From Candidatus Nanohalobium sp. (lineage in GTDB: Archaea; Nanohalarchaeota; Nanosalinia; Nanosalinales; Nanosalinaceae): a stretch of DNA of 11,583 nt. Positions 1-8,532 of this stretch are shown in pieces; within the stretch, counting starts at the first letter, position 1, and each line of letters starts with the position of its first letter. The stretch spans positions 1 to 11,583 of the forward strand of contig JBDGSL010000028.1 in NCBI GenBank assembly GCA_042217555.1. Reading direction: 5' to 3'. A model generated the notes under the pieces. The model searched no databases. It was not told the origin of the DNA and saw only the letters and a program-made list of their open reading frames with translations. The position numbers and the translations under genes were made by a program.

Positions 1-99
1 GAAGCAGTTCTGGAGAAGCTGGACGAAAACAGGGAAAGATTCGATGAGGAAACAGCAGAGGAAATAACTGAAGGCCTCGAGGAATGGACTACAACATAA
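1..99 (+). CDS. 3' end of an acidic hypothetical protein (partial, starts before the window)
   Basis: Frame 1 is open from base 1: EAVLEKLDENRERFDEETAEEITEGLEEWTTT, TAA at 97-99. It directly abuts the TAG (100-102) of the convergent GIY-YIG gene. Confidence 0.7.
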   Translation, partial: EAVLEKLDENRERFDEETAEEITEGLEEWTTT

Positions 100-624
100 C
101 TACGAGCTTTTAGTATCTAAAAAATCGTCGATACTATCTTCTAGAATATTTAAATGCTTGTAGAGTATGCTTTGTGTATCTTTAGTATGATTAGATGTTT
201 TTATCTTATCAGCCATCCTTTCTAAGTGTTCTAACTTCTGTTTAGTTCTATTATATGGTTTCCTCCTGAATTCGGCTTCTTTGTCCGAAATTAGATTGAG
301 CTTACCGGTAGGGTTATCGCGTTCCAGGTCTGAAAAATTGGAGTCAAAACCCTCTAAATTTAGATAAGGCTCAAGGTCACTAATGAGTTCTTTCTCTAAT
401 CTGTCAGGATTTTCTACTTTCCAGTATTTTACATAGAAAATGTCCCAAATATCTAACTTTCCATAGCTTACAATGCTGGAATCCTGTCGTATCAGATGTT
501 GTTTAAGCCTACTTCTGATACTGCTATTTGTCTTACCGACATATACCGGCTCCTCATTAAGGTCGTAGAAACAGTATACTCCTTTTTCCGAAGGCAGATT
601 ATTTACTTTTTGTCTTAGATTCAT
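100..624 (-). CDS. GIY-YIG nuclease family protein (UvrC N-terminal-like domain plus helical tail)
   Basis: LPSEKGVYCFYD...PVYVGKT...IRSRLKQH...LEKELI...PYLN matches the GIY-YIG pattern (GVY, YVG, conserved R, E and N). Confidence 0.85.
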   Translation of the reverse strand: MNLRQKVNNLPSEKGVYCFYDLNEEPVYVGKTNSSIRSRLKQHLIRQDSSIVSYGKLDIWDIFYVKYWKVENPDRLEKELISDLEPYLNLEGFDSNFSDLERDNPTGKLNLISDKEAEFRRKPYNRTKQKLEHLERMADKIKTSNHTKDTQSILYKHLNILEDSIDDFLDTKSS

Positions 625-683
625 TCTATATATGATTAGTATATTTTTAGGTTTCTTAACTTTTGAACCCGACTTCCCTTATG
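625..683. promoter_or_regulatory. Divergent archaeal promoter region between GIY-YIG (-) and the DUF6884/TGT operon (+)
   Basis: AT-rich ~60 bp spacer. TTCTTAAC at 653-660 reads as a TATA-like box on both strands, about 25-35 nt from each start codon. Confidence 0.4.
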
Positions 684-1148
684 ATGTCAACACTTTTAAT
701 TCAGTCATGCTCTGGCACTAAGAACGATGTTGATGGGTCTGTCCCCGCTATCCAGTTGTATGACGGGTACTTTTTCAGGATTATCAAGAAGGCACAGAGA
801 AATTTCGGCCTAGACAATGGTTTAGATATGTTGATTTTATCAGCCAAACATGGGATCATTGATCCAGAAGAAGAGATTGAGCATTATGACCAAGTTATGG
901 ATGAAGAGAGAGCTAAGGAGCTGAATAAGGAAGTTGTAGAAGCAATAGCCAAACGTGTAGAGAATAAAAACTACAGTAAAATTGTTTGTAATCTAGGTAA
1001 AGACTATCTGAAGGCAGTAGAAGGTCTTGAAAATCATTTAAGTGACGAGCAGGAGCTACATGTCATCGAAGGTAATGGTATCGGAGAGAAAGGTAAGGTA
1101 TTGAAAAAAATAGTAACGGGGTCTTCACTGGATAGTTACGTGAATTAG
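684..1148 (+). CDS. DUF6884 / YaaA-like protein
   Basis: LLIQSCSGTK...PAIQLYDGYFF...ILSAKHGII.PEEEIEHYDQVM...NLGKDY...GIGEK is typical of DUF6884-like proteins. ATG at 684 (or 681) is preferred over the TTG at 663. Confidence 0.7.
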   Translation: MSTLLIQSCSGTKNDVDGSVPAIQLYDGYFFRIIKKAQRNFGLDNGLDMLILSAKHGIIDPEEEIEHYDQVMDEERAKELNKEVVEAIAKRVENKNYSKIVCNLGKDYLKAVEGLENHLSDEQELHVIEGNGIGEKGKVLKKIVTGSSLDSYVN

Positions 1149-1178
1149 GAATAAAAGATCTACGGACACACCCTAGTT

Positions 1179-2405
1179 ATGGGCAAGTTTGAAATCAAGA
1201 GTCAAGCTGGAGACGCACGTATAGGCCATTTACACTTTAATGATACTGATTTAGAAACTCCTCATCTTTTTCCTGTAATCAGTTTCTACGGAGGGGGAAA
1301 TCAAGAAGCACTGTTCGGAGGGGGTTTCCACAGAACAGTCAAGGAGTTTATGGTAAACCATGAGAGGCAAGTAAATGATGGTAAAGATTTCAGTAACTTA
1401 TTTGATGGTTTAATGACTTCTATATCTTCTCTTACCGACTTTAATATTAGCGAGGATAAGCTAGAAGAATACTTAAGTAAAGAGATAAGAGAATGGGAGG
1501 CCTTCCAAGACTTTGAGGGAGTAATATTCCTGGATTCTGGAGGGTTCAAGGTAATGACACAGGGTGCTCTAGAAGGTAGTAACTTTGAGAAAGAAATTGA
1601 CCAAGAAACTGCCTACGAACTTCAAAGAAGAGTTGGGGGAGATATATTGGTCAATCTTGATCGGCCTATTCTACCTGACGACACTTATGAAGACCGCGTT
1701 AAGAAGGCAGATAAAACTCTGGAGAATGCAAAGGAGTTTATTGAAATTTCTGAGGGTTTTAATGGTGCTAGATACCTCACTGTCCATGGCTACGATAAAA
1801 GCATGATGGAGCGGTTTTTCAACCAGGCTGAGGAGAAATTTGACGGGCCTCTAGATAAAATATTTGATGGAATTGCATTAGGTAGTCTGGTTCCTAAGAA
1901 AGATGATTATGGTACGCTAATTGATGCTGTAGGAGGATGTAAGGAAGTTATGCAAGAAAGAGGACTTGAAAATATGCCTTTACACGTATTAGGCATCTCT
2001 AGCAGCGCAATACCTTTACTTGTGCTTCTGGGAGCAGATACTTTTGACTCGGGCACTTATTTCCAAACAGCAATAAATGGTAAGTACATGACTTCATTAA
2101 CAGACCACAAGACTTTGGAGGAAGCTAGAGAACAGAACTTCTCTGAATGCAATTGCCGTGTTTGTTCTGATCCGGACCTAGTTAAGAAAATGCAAGGAGA
2201 GGCCGAGTACCAGAAAGATATTTACGGCCCCGTTGCCATCCATAATATGGAAGTACAAAAGCGAGAAATTGAAGCACTTAAAGATAGTATTAGAGAAGGT
2301 GAGGATGCTCTTAGACTTCATATCGAAAAGACGCTCGGAGAAAAAGACGGCCTTAAGAGATTTGCATATAGAGCAGTAAATAGGTCTTTAGAAGAATACT
2401 TCTAA
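1179..2405 (+). CDS. tgt: tRNA-guanine transglycosylase family protein, divergent paralog (DpdA-like candidate DNA deazaguanine insertase)
   Basis: N-terminal F.I....G.ARIG...ETP..FPV; DSGGF (D119); LDRP (D161); VHG (H203); ALGSLVP; LHVLG; GADTFDS (D290); Zn site C324-x-C326-x2-C329-x25-H355. No PUA domain. Confidence 0.9.
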   Translation: MGKFEIKSQAGDARIGHLHFNDTDLETPHLFPVISFYGGGNQEALFGGGFHRTVKEFMVNHERQVNDGKDFSNLFDGLMTSISSLTDFNISEDKLEEYLSKEIREWEAFQDFEGVIFLDSGGFKVMTQGALEGSNFEKEIDQETAYELQRRVGGDILVNLDRPILPDDTYEDRVKKADKTLENAKEFIEISEGFNGARYLTVHGYDKSMMERFFNQAEEKFDGPLDKIFDGIALGSLVPKKDDYGTLIDAVGGCKEVMQERGLENMPLHVLGISSSAIPLLVLLGADTFDSGTYFQTAINGKYMTSLTDHKTLEEAREQNFSECNCRVCSDPDLVKKMQGEAEYQKDIYGPVAIHNMEVQKREIEALKDSIREGEDALRLHIEKTLGEKDGLKRFAYRAVNRSLEEYF

Positions 2406-2410
2406 GGTGA
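2406..2410 (+). promoter_or_regulatory. Shine-Dalgarno site (GGTGA) for the GHKL ATPase
   Basis: TAA-GGTGA-TAAA-ATG links the TGT stop to the ATG at 2415, consistent with co-transcription. Confidence 0.65.
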
Positions 2411-2414
2411 TAAA

Positions 2415-3956
2415 ATGAAGAGAACTCCACAGGTAAATCAGGTAAATGAATTTTTAGAAATCGCTAGTGACTTTGAAAATCCGCTTGAAATCATTAGAGA
2501 AGCTTTATCTAACTCTTACGACGCAGGAGCTTCTAAAGTAGATATTAAAGTAGTTTCTGAGGAAGATGATGTAATTATAATAAGAGATGACGGAGAAGGA
2601 ATGAGCAAAAAGGATTTAGAATCGTTCTTTGACCTAGGAAATTCATTCAAGGAAAACAGCATTGGTCATAAAGGACATGGAACCAAAATATACTACAAAA
2701 GCGATAAAATCGAAATTGAAACAGTAAAGAAAGATAAGAAGCTGGACGCAGAGATGGAAAAGCCGTGGGAGAAGCTAAACAACAAAGAAATGCCTCAATA
2801 CTCTATCCAAGAGGAACAAAGCGATGAAGATTCATATACCGAGATAAGAATTCATAACTTCAAAGCAGGTCAGGGCTTAAGTGCAGGATCTTTGACTTAC
2901 AACAAAATCCATCACTATATCAAATGGAAGACTATTGGAGGATCTACAGAACATTACTTCGAAGAAAATCCAAGAATTATGGACATTTCTATCGAGCTGG
3001 ATGATAGCATAGATGACAGTAAAGATTCTCTTAAACTGAACAATAAATTTGAATTCCCTCAAGAGAACCGACTACCTCAGAATAAGGAATATCCATCCAA
3101 ACACATGTGCAAAGTTTATCCTCCTAAAGAAATTGAAGTAGATGTTGACGGAGAATCTGTGACTTTGGAAATTGTTGGTATGGTTGGAGGAAAGGAAGCA
3201 AGAAATAAATTGCCAACTTACGGAAGCCATAAATCACAGTTTGGAGTATGGCTAGCTAAAGATCATATCAAAGTAGAGAGAATAAATGATGCAGTTGGTC
3301 ACGATGAAACATACATTCACTTCATGTTCATAGCTAACTGTCAAGAAATAGAGCTTTCTGCAAACAGAGAAAAAGTTAGAAACAAATCCGGCGAAGTTTT
3401 CCAGGAAATAACTGACGAGATCAGCGACTTTATGACTAAGGTAATTGAAGATAGCTGGTATAAGAAATATCTCGAACAGCGAAGAATCGATACAAAGAAA
3501 CAGCGTAATCAGACGCAGTCAAGTTCTCTAAAAGAACGAGAAGACAAGGTACAAAATTTAATAGACCAAAATCGCCGTCCTACTCCGTCTAATACTGTTG
3601 AAACAGTGGCGGAAATCGAAAGATCAAATGCCAAAGGATGGCTGCCTCAAAAGCTGCAAATAGCTGATTTCTCACCCGATGAAGATGTAAACACCATTCT
3701 TCAAAATGGTAGCAAAATCTATCGGGCAGCAGTTTATCCAAAAATGAGCAGTTTCTTCGAACAAGAAAAGGCTCTAAAGCATGTCGAGAAATTTGTCTGC
3801 TGGGAGAAAGGAGATATTGACCAGCTCAGAGAGATAGAGAGAAAGAATTATCTCGGCGATGAAATAGAGTTTAAACTAGATGAAAATAAGATAAGGTATG
3901 TTAATGGAAGTGAAAGAGAAATTGATATATTGGAATTGAGCCAATATATTAACTAA
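2415..3956 (+). CDS. GHKL (HSP90/MutL/MORC-type) ATPase with a putative degenerate nuclease-like C-terminal domain
   Basis: Bergerat motifs REALSNSYDAGA (N-box), IRDDGEGMS (G1) and IGHKGHGTK (G2); S5-like segment with LSANRE; charged helical linker; C-terminal alpha/beta domain containing FVCWE. Confidence 0.85.
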   Translation: MKRTPQVNQVNEFLEIASDFENPLEIIREALSNSYDAGASKVDIKVVSEEDDVIIIRDDGEGMSKKDLESFFDLGNSFKENSIGHKGHGTKIYYKSDKIEIETVKKDKKLDAEMEKPWEKLNNKEMPQYSIQEEQSDEDSYTEIRIHNFKAGQGLSAGSLTYNKIHHYIKWKTIGGSTEHYFEENPRIMDISIELDDSIDDSKDSLKLNNKFEFPQENRLPQNKEYPSKHMCKVYPPKEIEVDVDGESVTLEIVGMVGGKEARNKLPTYGSHKSQFGVWLAKDHIKVERINDAVGHDETYIHFMFIANCQEIELSANREKVRNKSGEVFQEITDEISDFMTKVIEDSWYKKYLEQRRIDTKKQRNQTQSSSLKEREDKVQNLIDQNRRPTPSNTVETVAEIERSNAKGWLPQKLQIADFSPDEDVNTILQNGSKIYRAAVYPKMSSFFEQEKALKHVEKFVCWEKGDIDQLREIERKNYLGDEIEFKLDENKIRYVNGSEREIDILELSQYIN

Positions 3957-3975
3957 TTATTTTCTTTCTCTATTG
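3957..3975 (+). terminator. Putative archaeal oligo-T terminator between convergent units
   Basis: TTATTTTCTTTCTCT immediately follows the GHKL stop, in the 19-bp gap before the convergent PLD stop. Confidence 0.35.
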
Positions 3976-4395
3976 CTAGTTCAGTTCCTTATCGATAAAA
4001 TCATCGATGCTATCGTGGTTGTTCTCAACAATCTTTGAAATCTCTATATTATGATGAAGTCCTCCCATGGTGACATTTGCAGAACCTATGAGAGCCAGAT
4101 TAGTACATACAATAGCCTTAGCATGTAAATCCTCCATAATCCTGTAAGAATCGTCAGGTACACGCGACAAAAAATAGTCATTGTGTTCTTTCTCACCGAC
4201 AATAAGTTTAACTCCGCCTCTGTTTCTTATTGCTGCCGATAAGCTTTCACTATCATAACCCCTATTGTTATATGGATATTTGACCTTGATATCGCTTATC
4301 CAGGGACTTAAGATGGCAATCTCCTCGCTATTAAGGATTTGATGACCTATAAAATACCCGATTCCGTTAGAAGGAAATGAAAATGCTCTTTCCAT
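3976..4395 (-). CDS. dpdK: Single-domain phospholipase D-family nuclease, DpdK-like
   Basis: ILSPWISD, EHNDYFL, DLHAKAIV...LIGSANVT.GGL..NIE (HxK...GSxN). Overlaps the helicase 3' end by 29 nt, as in the dpdJ-dpdK pairing. Confidence 0.75.
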   Translation of the reverse strand: MERAFSFPSNGIGYFIGHQILNSEEIAILSPWISDIKVKYPYNNRGYDSESLSAAIRNRGGVKLIVGEKEHNDYFLSRVPDDSYRIMEDLHAKAIVCTNLALIGSANVTMGGLHHNIEISKIVENNHDSIDDFIDKELN

Positions 4396-7300
4396 CTAAT
4401 TTACCTGCGCTTAGAGTTTCTTCTTCAATTACTTTTTCCTCTATTTCATCGTCAGAAACTTCCTTTAGGATTTTGTCCATCAATTTTCTCAGGAAGCGAT
4501 AGCTAACCACCTCTTCCTGATCTAGGTTTGATTTACAGTTCGATAGATGGAGATTTGCCATGCAGCCGTCTACATCAGGTGGAATAAGGAGATTTCTAAT
4601 AGCATCAAATCTCCCATCAGGTATATCGCCGAATTCTTCCCTTAGAAATCCTTTAGAGATTTCATTGCCTTGTATTTTCTCTTTGTTAATTTTTCTCTTA
4701 GCTTTCAAGACTTCATCAAGAGATACCTCATCTATTGTCTGATTGACTTCCTGAATGTTTTCATAGGTGTTTAAGGCCTCTTGACTTATTTTTGAGATTA
4801 CTTCAGGATATAGTATCTCTGTTTTTTCCTTTACTTTCTCGTTTAATTCCTCAGTCTCTTCAGATACATCTATATCTATCCATAAGTCTGTGAAATCTTC
4901 ATCAGTCCATATTTTTTCATTTTCTATCTGAGTGTTGTAACCTACGCGAATTGTTGACTTCAAGAGCTTCCCGGGATTGGAGTTGGCCATCTCGTGGAAA
5001 TAATCTGCAATTCCTTGGCCGCCTTCAGATTCCTCAAATACATAAACTATTTTTTTCTCGCTATCATAGCCGTAATGCAGGAGTGATGGATTAACTCCGG
5101 TTACATCAGATATTAGTAGAGTTAAGAAGTGTGCAGTAGTGTGGTATTTTATTCTCTCTAAGGAAACATCTTCTTCTCTGTAGTTTCTGATCATTTCTTC
5201 ATCTAGATTAATTTCATCTATTATATCTCCTATTTTCCAGATAATGACTCTTGTATCATAAGAGATACCAAGTTTAGATCCTTCTACACCGATTTCTACT
5301 TCTTTTTTGTTGTCCCAGTCAGGATGCCACTCTCCACCATAGAACTGGTTGGGAGTAATTTCTAGTTCTACACCATCTAGACTTAATTGAACTGTTAGTG
5401 ATTGAAGGTCAATTCCATCAAAGCCTCCATTAAAGTTCTCGAGTGAAGATGAAACTTTAGGAGAGCCGTGAATTCGTCCCGTGCTGCTTTCGGAGTGTCG
5501 AGGACATTGATCTTCCTTGCCTAGCAAGTGGTAACATTCTGGGCAATAGTCTACAACTCCATTGGCTTTTTCCTGGGTCCTATCAAGTACATCCTTCATA
5601 GGGATGGAATCAGGTATAATTATATCGCCTTTACGAGTTCCATCAATATTAGAAAAGTCAAAAACTACTTCACCAGAATCTTTCTTTTTGGTTTTCGGCT
5701 GGAAGACCTGTAAATAAGGGCCGCTCTGTTTGTATTGTGTGCGGTAAGGAGAGTACTTCCCGAAGATTTTAGTCAGTGGTTCTTCCCAGTTATCGTCATA
5801 TTCGAAATCTGGAACAAAGGTGACATTCTTTCCTCCGCCTCCTCCGAAATAATTCTTTGGAGTGTACCACACCTTCTCTCCGTACCCTTCTCCGGATACT
5901 TGGAGGAATCTGTCATAGAAGTATGCGCTCCTCATCAATCCTTTGAATGCATGAAGACTCCATTTTCTATAGGGTACATCTAAGTAACTATCAAGGTTTT
6001 CAAGCGACTTCTTGAGGTAGTAAACTCTCTTTAGGTCATTACCGTATTCTTCTACTTTATCTGCAGTTAAGTTATCTAGTGTATCAAGCTTATCTTCAAA
6101 TTCTCCCAACTCGCTAAATGCGTTATCAATTTGAAGCTCAACATCGTGGACTTTCTTACCATCTTTGTAAAGTAATTTGTGTTCTAGTTGGCTGATATCT
6201 CCACTTATATGATGCAAGTCTCCTGAAACAGACCTAATAACTCTAAGTCTTTCATCATTAGAATCCTTTTCGCGCTCTAATTCTGATCTCAGGTCCTTCA
6301 GTTTCTGAAGAATCTCTTCTCTATCTTCTTCCATTTCTCGAGCCTCTACAGCCGCATCTACAATATCTTTCGTTAATTCTTCTCCACAGACATCTATCAT
6401 TTTGAGGCCTTTTTCTTCTACATCTTCTAAGAGTTGGCCAAGGGTATCGCTCTGTAGGAGTACATTAGAGTTCTGATCTGTGTATTCTAGAATTTCTTCA
6501 AATTCTTCTTCAATTTCTTCTTCCCGTTCGTCCAAATCTGATAGAAGCCGTTCAATAACATCTTGGCTTAGCAAAGTTCTTGCATCTATTTCTTCATCCA
6601 ATATGTCTCCTATTGCATCTTCAGGATTGTCAAGTAAAGTCCAGAACTCCTCATAATCGAAATTATCATTGAATAATTTCTTCAGAAGCTCTATTTCCTT
6701 AGAGTCTTCAGGTATTGAACCATCCCTATAGATTCTATTACCTTCTTTGTAAAATTGCAGGTTTTTATCGTGAATCCATTTGACGATAGGATTATCGACA
6801 TTAAGAGGGATGTCTACTTCTGAGTCAAGGAATCTATCAGCCCTGTAGAGAAGATTGGAGTCTTGACCATTATTATTTAGAACCATCATGAGGTAAGCTT
6901 CTTCGCCAGGTTGTCTCGCTGCTCTTCCTATTCTTTGAACGAATGAGGCGTAGTTCATTGGTGCGCTGTATTGAGTCACTATACGGATTCCCGGAAGATC
7001 GACACCTACTTCCATGGAGGAGGATGATATGATCATCTCTGCTTCTTCTAAATCACTGGAACTTAGATTAGTTTGTGAGTGATTTGTTTTGATGTCCAAG
7101 GGCTCATCAATGAATTCTTTACCCATCTGAGTTGATATGTCTGGCCAGTCTTCAGTCTCATTCTGGTGGTAACTCCAAAGTCCCTCAGATTCTGCATCTT
7201 CCAATTGTTTTTCTCTCTGATTAATTTGGCTTATACTGTCGATAAAGTTCAAACTGGTGCTTCTATCTCTGCCTTCATCAGAAGGTTCTTGTAACAAACA

Positions 7301-8440
7301 GTGGGAGAGAAGCATTGTTTCCTGAATGTAGGTAGATGCTAATCCCATTTCATCTGCTGACTCAACAAAGAAAAGGTGTTCTTTTTCCTCAGCTTCTTTC
7401 TTATCTTCTTCCTCTACTTCTATAACCTCTGCCGAGTTTTGAGGCAAGTCGAATATTTTCTCTGTAAATGATTCAGCAGCATCTAATGTTGCTGAAGAGC
7501 CTGCCAGAAGTAATGGAGAATCCTTCACGCTCTTTATGTTCTTAATAACGTTTGCAGCGTGAGCACCATAGATGCCCTCATATAAATGAGTCTCGTCGAA
7601 GACTATCGCATCCATGGCCTCTGAAATCCTGTAATTGGGTTTTAAGGTAAATTGTTCCATGGACTCCAGAGTTGTCAAAAGTATGTCCGGAGGACTATTT
7701 TTTATTTCGCCTCTATGTAACTTCAGCTGAGGATATCCGAATTTATGTCCATTAGGGCACTCAATTCCATACCAACCTCTTGAAGAACTTGTTTTCCAGT
7801 CGAAGTTTACTACTTCATCCGAATCGCATATTTCACAATTAGTAAAAGCAAAATTGCCATCTCTCGTTTGATAATCCCAGGAATTGTAGACATCTCTTTT
7901 TCTGTTCTCAATGTCTCCATGCCACATTCCTACTTCTAATTTATGATCATATGTTTCTTCTACTCTATGTATACCTTCTAGTACACGACCTAATTGATCC
8001 TCTAATAAATCTTTTCTCGGATATACCAAAACTACGGTATCCATTTCTTCATCTTCCAGTAGCTTCAAAATAGGACCTAAAAAACCCTCTGTTTTACCAT
8101 ATCCTGTGGGTGCAGAAAGTAGTACTCCTTTCGAGTTGTCAGTGTCTTTGATTTCTTGATGAGCGTTGAAAATTCCGGTCCATGCATCCTCCTGAAAATT
8201 CAGTAATGTATCAAACTCGAAAATTTCCAAAGTATCGAGTATTCTTTGATCATCCCCGGAGTATTCGGTAAAGTCAGGCCTTTCTATATTTTGACCGTGG
8301 TATTTTAGAAATGAGGATACCTTACGCGCCTCCCCTTGATCTTCTTCAGTTATCCTTCTTGCTTGTAGAATTCCATTGATTAGGGGTCTGATATCATTTT
8401 CAAAGCGAGAAAGGTCTGAGTTTGGATGGGCGTGTTTCAC
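4367..8440 (-). CDS. dpdJ: Large SF2 DExH helicase with Zn-finger-like inserts, coiled-coil insertion and DUF1998-like C-terminus, DpdJ-like
   Basis: Q-motif FQ; Walker A APTGYGKT; VYPRKDLLEDQ; DETHLY; SSATL; SSSMEVGVDLP; QRIGRAAR; CEIC..CPNGH and CPEC..CPRH; C-terminal HTTAH...FEESEGGQG...DGC. GTG start. Confidence 0.8.
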   Translation of the reverse strand: MKHAHPNSDLSRFENDIRPLINGILQARRITEEDQGEARKVSSFLKYHGQNIERPDFTEYSGDDQRILDTLEIFEFDTLLNFQEDAWTGIFNAHQEIKDTDNSKGVLLSAPTGYGKTEGFLGPILKLLEDEEMDTVVLVYPRKDLLEDQLGRVLEGIHRVEETYDHKLEVGMWHGDIENRKRDVYNSWDYQTRDGNFAFTNCEICDSDEVVNFDWKTSSSRGWYGIECPNGHKFGYPQLKLHRGEIKNSPPDILLTTLESMEQFTLKPNYRISEAMDAIVFDETHLYEGIYGAHAANVIKNIKSVKDSPLLLAGSSATLDAAESFTEKIFDLPQNSAEVIEVEEEDKKEAEEKEHLFFVESADEMGLASTYIQETMLLSHCLLQEPSDEGRDRSTSLNFIDSISQINQREKQLEDAESEGLWSYHQNETEDWPDISTQMGKEFIDEPLDIKTNHSQTNLSSSDLEEAEMIISSSSMEVGVDLPGIRIVTQYSAPMNYASFVQRIGRAARQPGEEAYLMMVLNNNGQDSNLLYRADRFLDSEVDIPLNVDNPIVKWIHDKNLQFYKEGNRIYRDGSIPEDSKEIELLKKLFNDNFDYEEFWTLLDNPEDAIGDILDEEIDARTLLSQDVIERLLSDLDEREEEIEEEFEEILEYTDQNSNVLLQSDTLGQLLEDVEEKGLKMIDVCGEELTKDIVDAAVEAREMEEDREEILQKLKDLRSELEREKDSNDERLRVIRSVSGDLHHISGDISQLEHKLLYKDGKKVHDVELQIDNAFSELGEFEDKLDTLDNLTADKVEEYGNDLKRVYYLKKSLENLDSYLDVPYRKWSLHAFKGLMRSAYFYDRFLQVSGEGYGEKVWYTPKNYFGGGGGKNVTFVPDFEYDDNWEEPLTKIFGKYSPYRTQYKQSGPYLQVFQPKTKKKDSGEVVFDFSNIDGTRKGDIIIPDSIPMKDVLDRTQEKANGVVDYCPECYHLLGKEDQCPRHSESSTGRIHGSPKVSSSLENFNGGFDGIDLQSLTVQLSLDGVELEITPNQFYGGEWHPDWDNKKEVEIGVEGSKLGISYDTRVIIWKIGDIIDEINLDEEMIRNYREEDVSLERIKYHTTAHFLTLLISDVTGVNPSLLHYGYDSEKKIVYVFEESEGGQGIADYFHEMANSNPGKLLKSTIRVGYNTQIENEKIWTDEDFTDLWIDIDVSEETEELNEKVKEKTEILYPEVISKISQEALNTYENIQEVNQTIDEVSLDEVLKAKRKINKEKIQGNEISKGFLREEFGDIPDGRFDAIRNLLIPPDVDGCMANLHLSNCKSNLDQEEVVSYRFLRKLMDKILKEVSDDEIEEKVIEEETLSAGKLDGKSIFISF

Positions 8441-8532
8441 ATTGATCTATATTGAATAAAACATAATTAAATTGTAATGACTGTAAATTCTAATATATTA
8501 TTTAAGTAAGGCTCTAGTAATACTGAATTAAT
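8441..8532. promoter_or_regulatory. Divergent promoter between helicase (-) and the RHH-yhhQ-queC operon (+)
   Basis: Very AT-rich 92 bp. TTTAAGTA at 8501-8508 is ~25 nt before ATG 8533; TTTAATTA on - at 8464-8471 is ~25 nt before GTG 8440. Both fit leaderless spacing. Inverted repeat AGTA-A-TACT at 8516-8524. Confidence 0.55.

Noticed and set aside
663..683. TTG start at 663 for the DUF6884-like gene
   Set aside because: It lies right beside the putative TATA element; ATG at 681/684 directly precedes the conserved LLIQSCS strand.
1301..1806. ORFs 1301-1549 (-) and 1585-1806 (+)
   Set aside because: Shadow frames inside the TGT gene, with no motifs and non-acidic composition.
2877..3062. 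61-aa minus-strand ORF
   Set aside because: Antisense shadow of the GHKL gene.
4560..5983. Short plus-strand ORFs 4560-4742, 5528-5713 and 5735-5983
   Set aside because: Antisense to the helicase, with no recognisable features.
8437..8442. ATG-TGA start-stop overlapping the helicase GTG start on the minus strand
   Set aside because: Six bases, easily due to chance; nothing supports a regulatory role.
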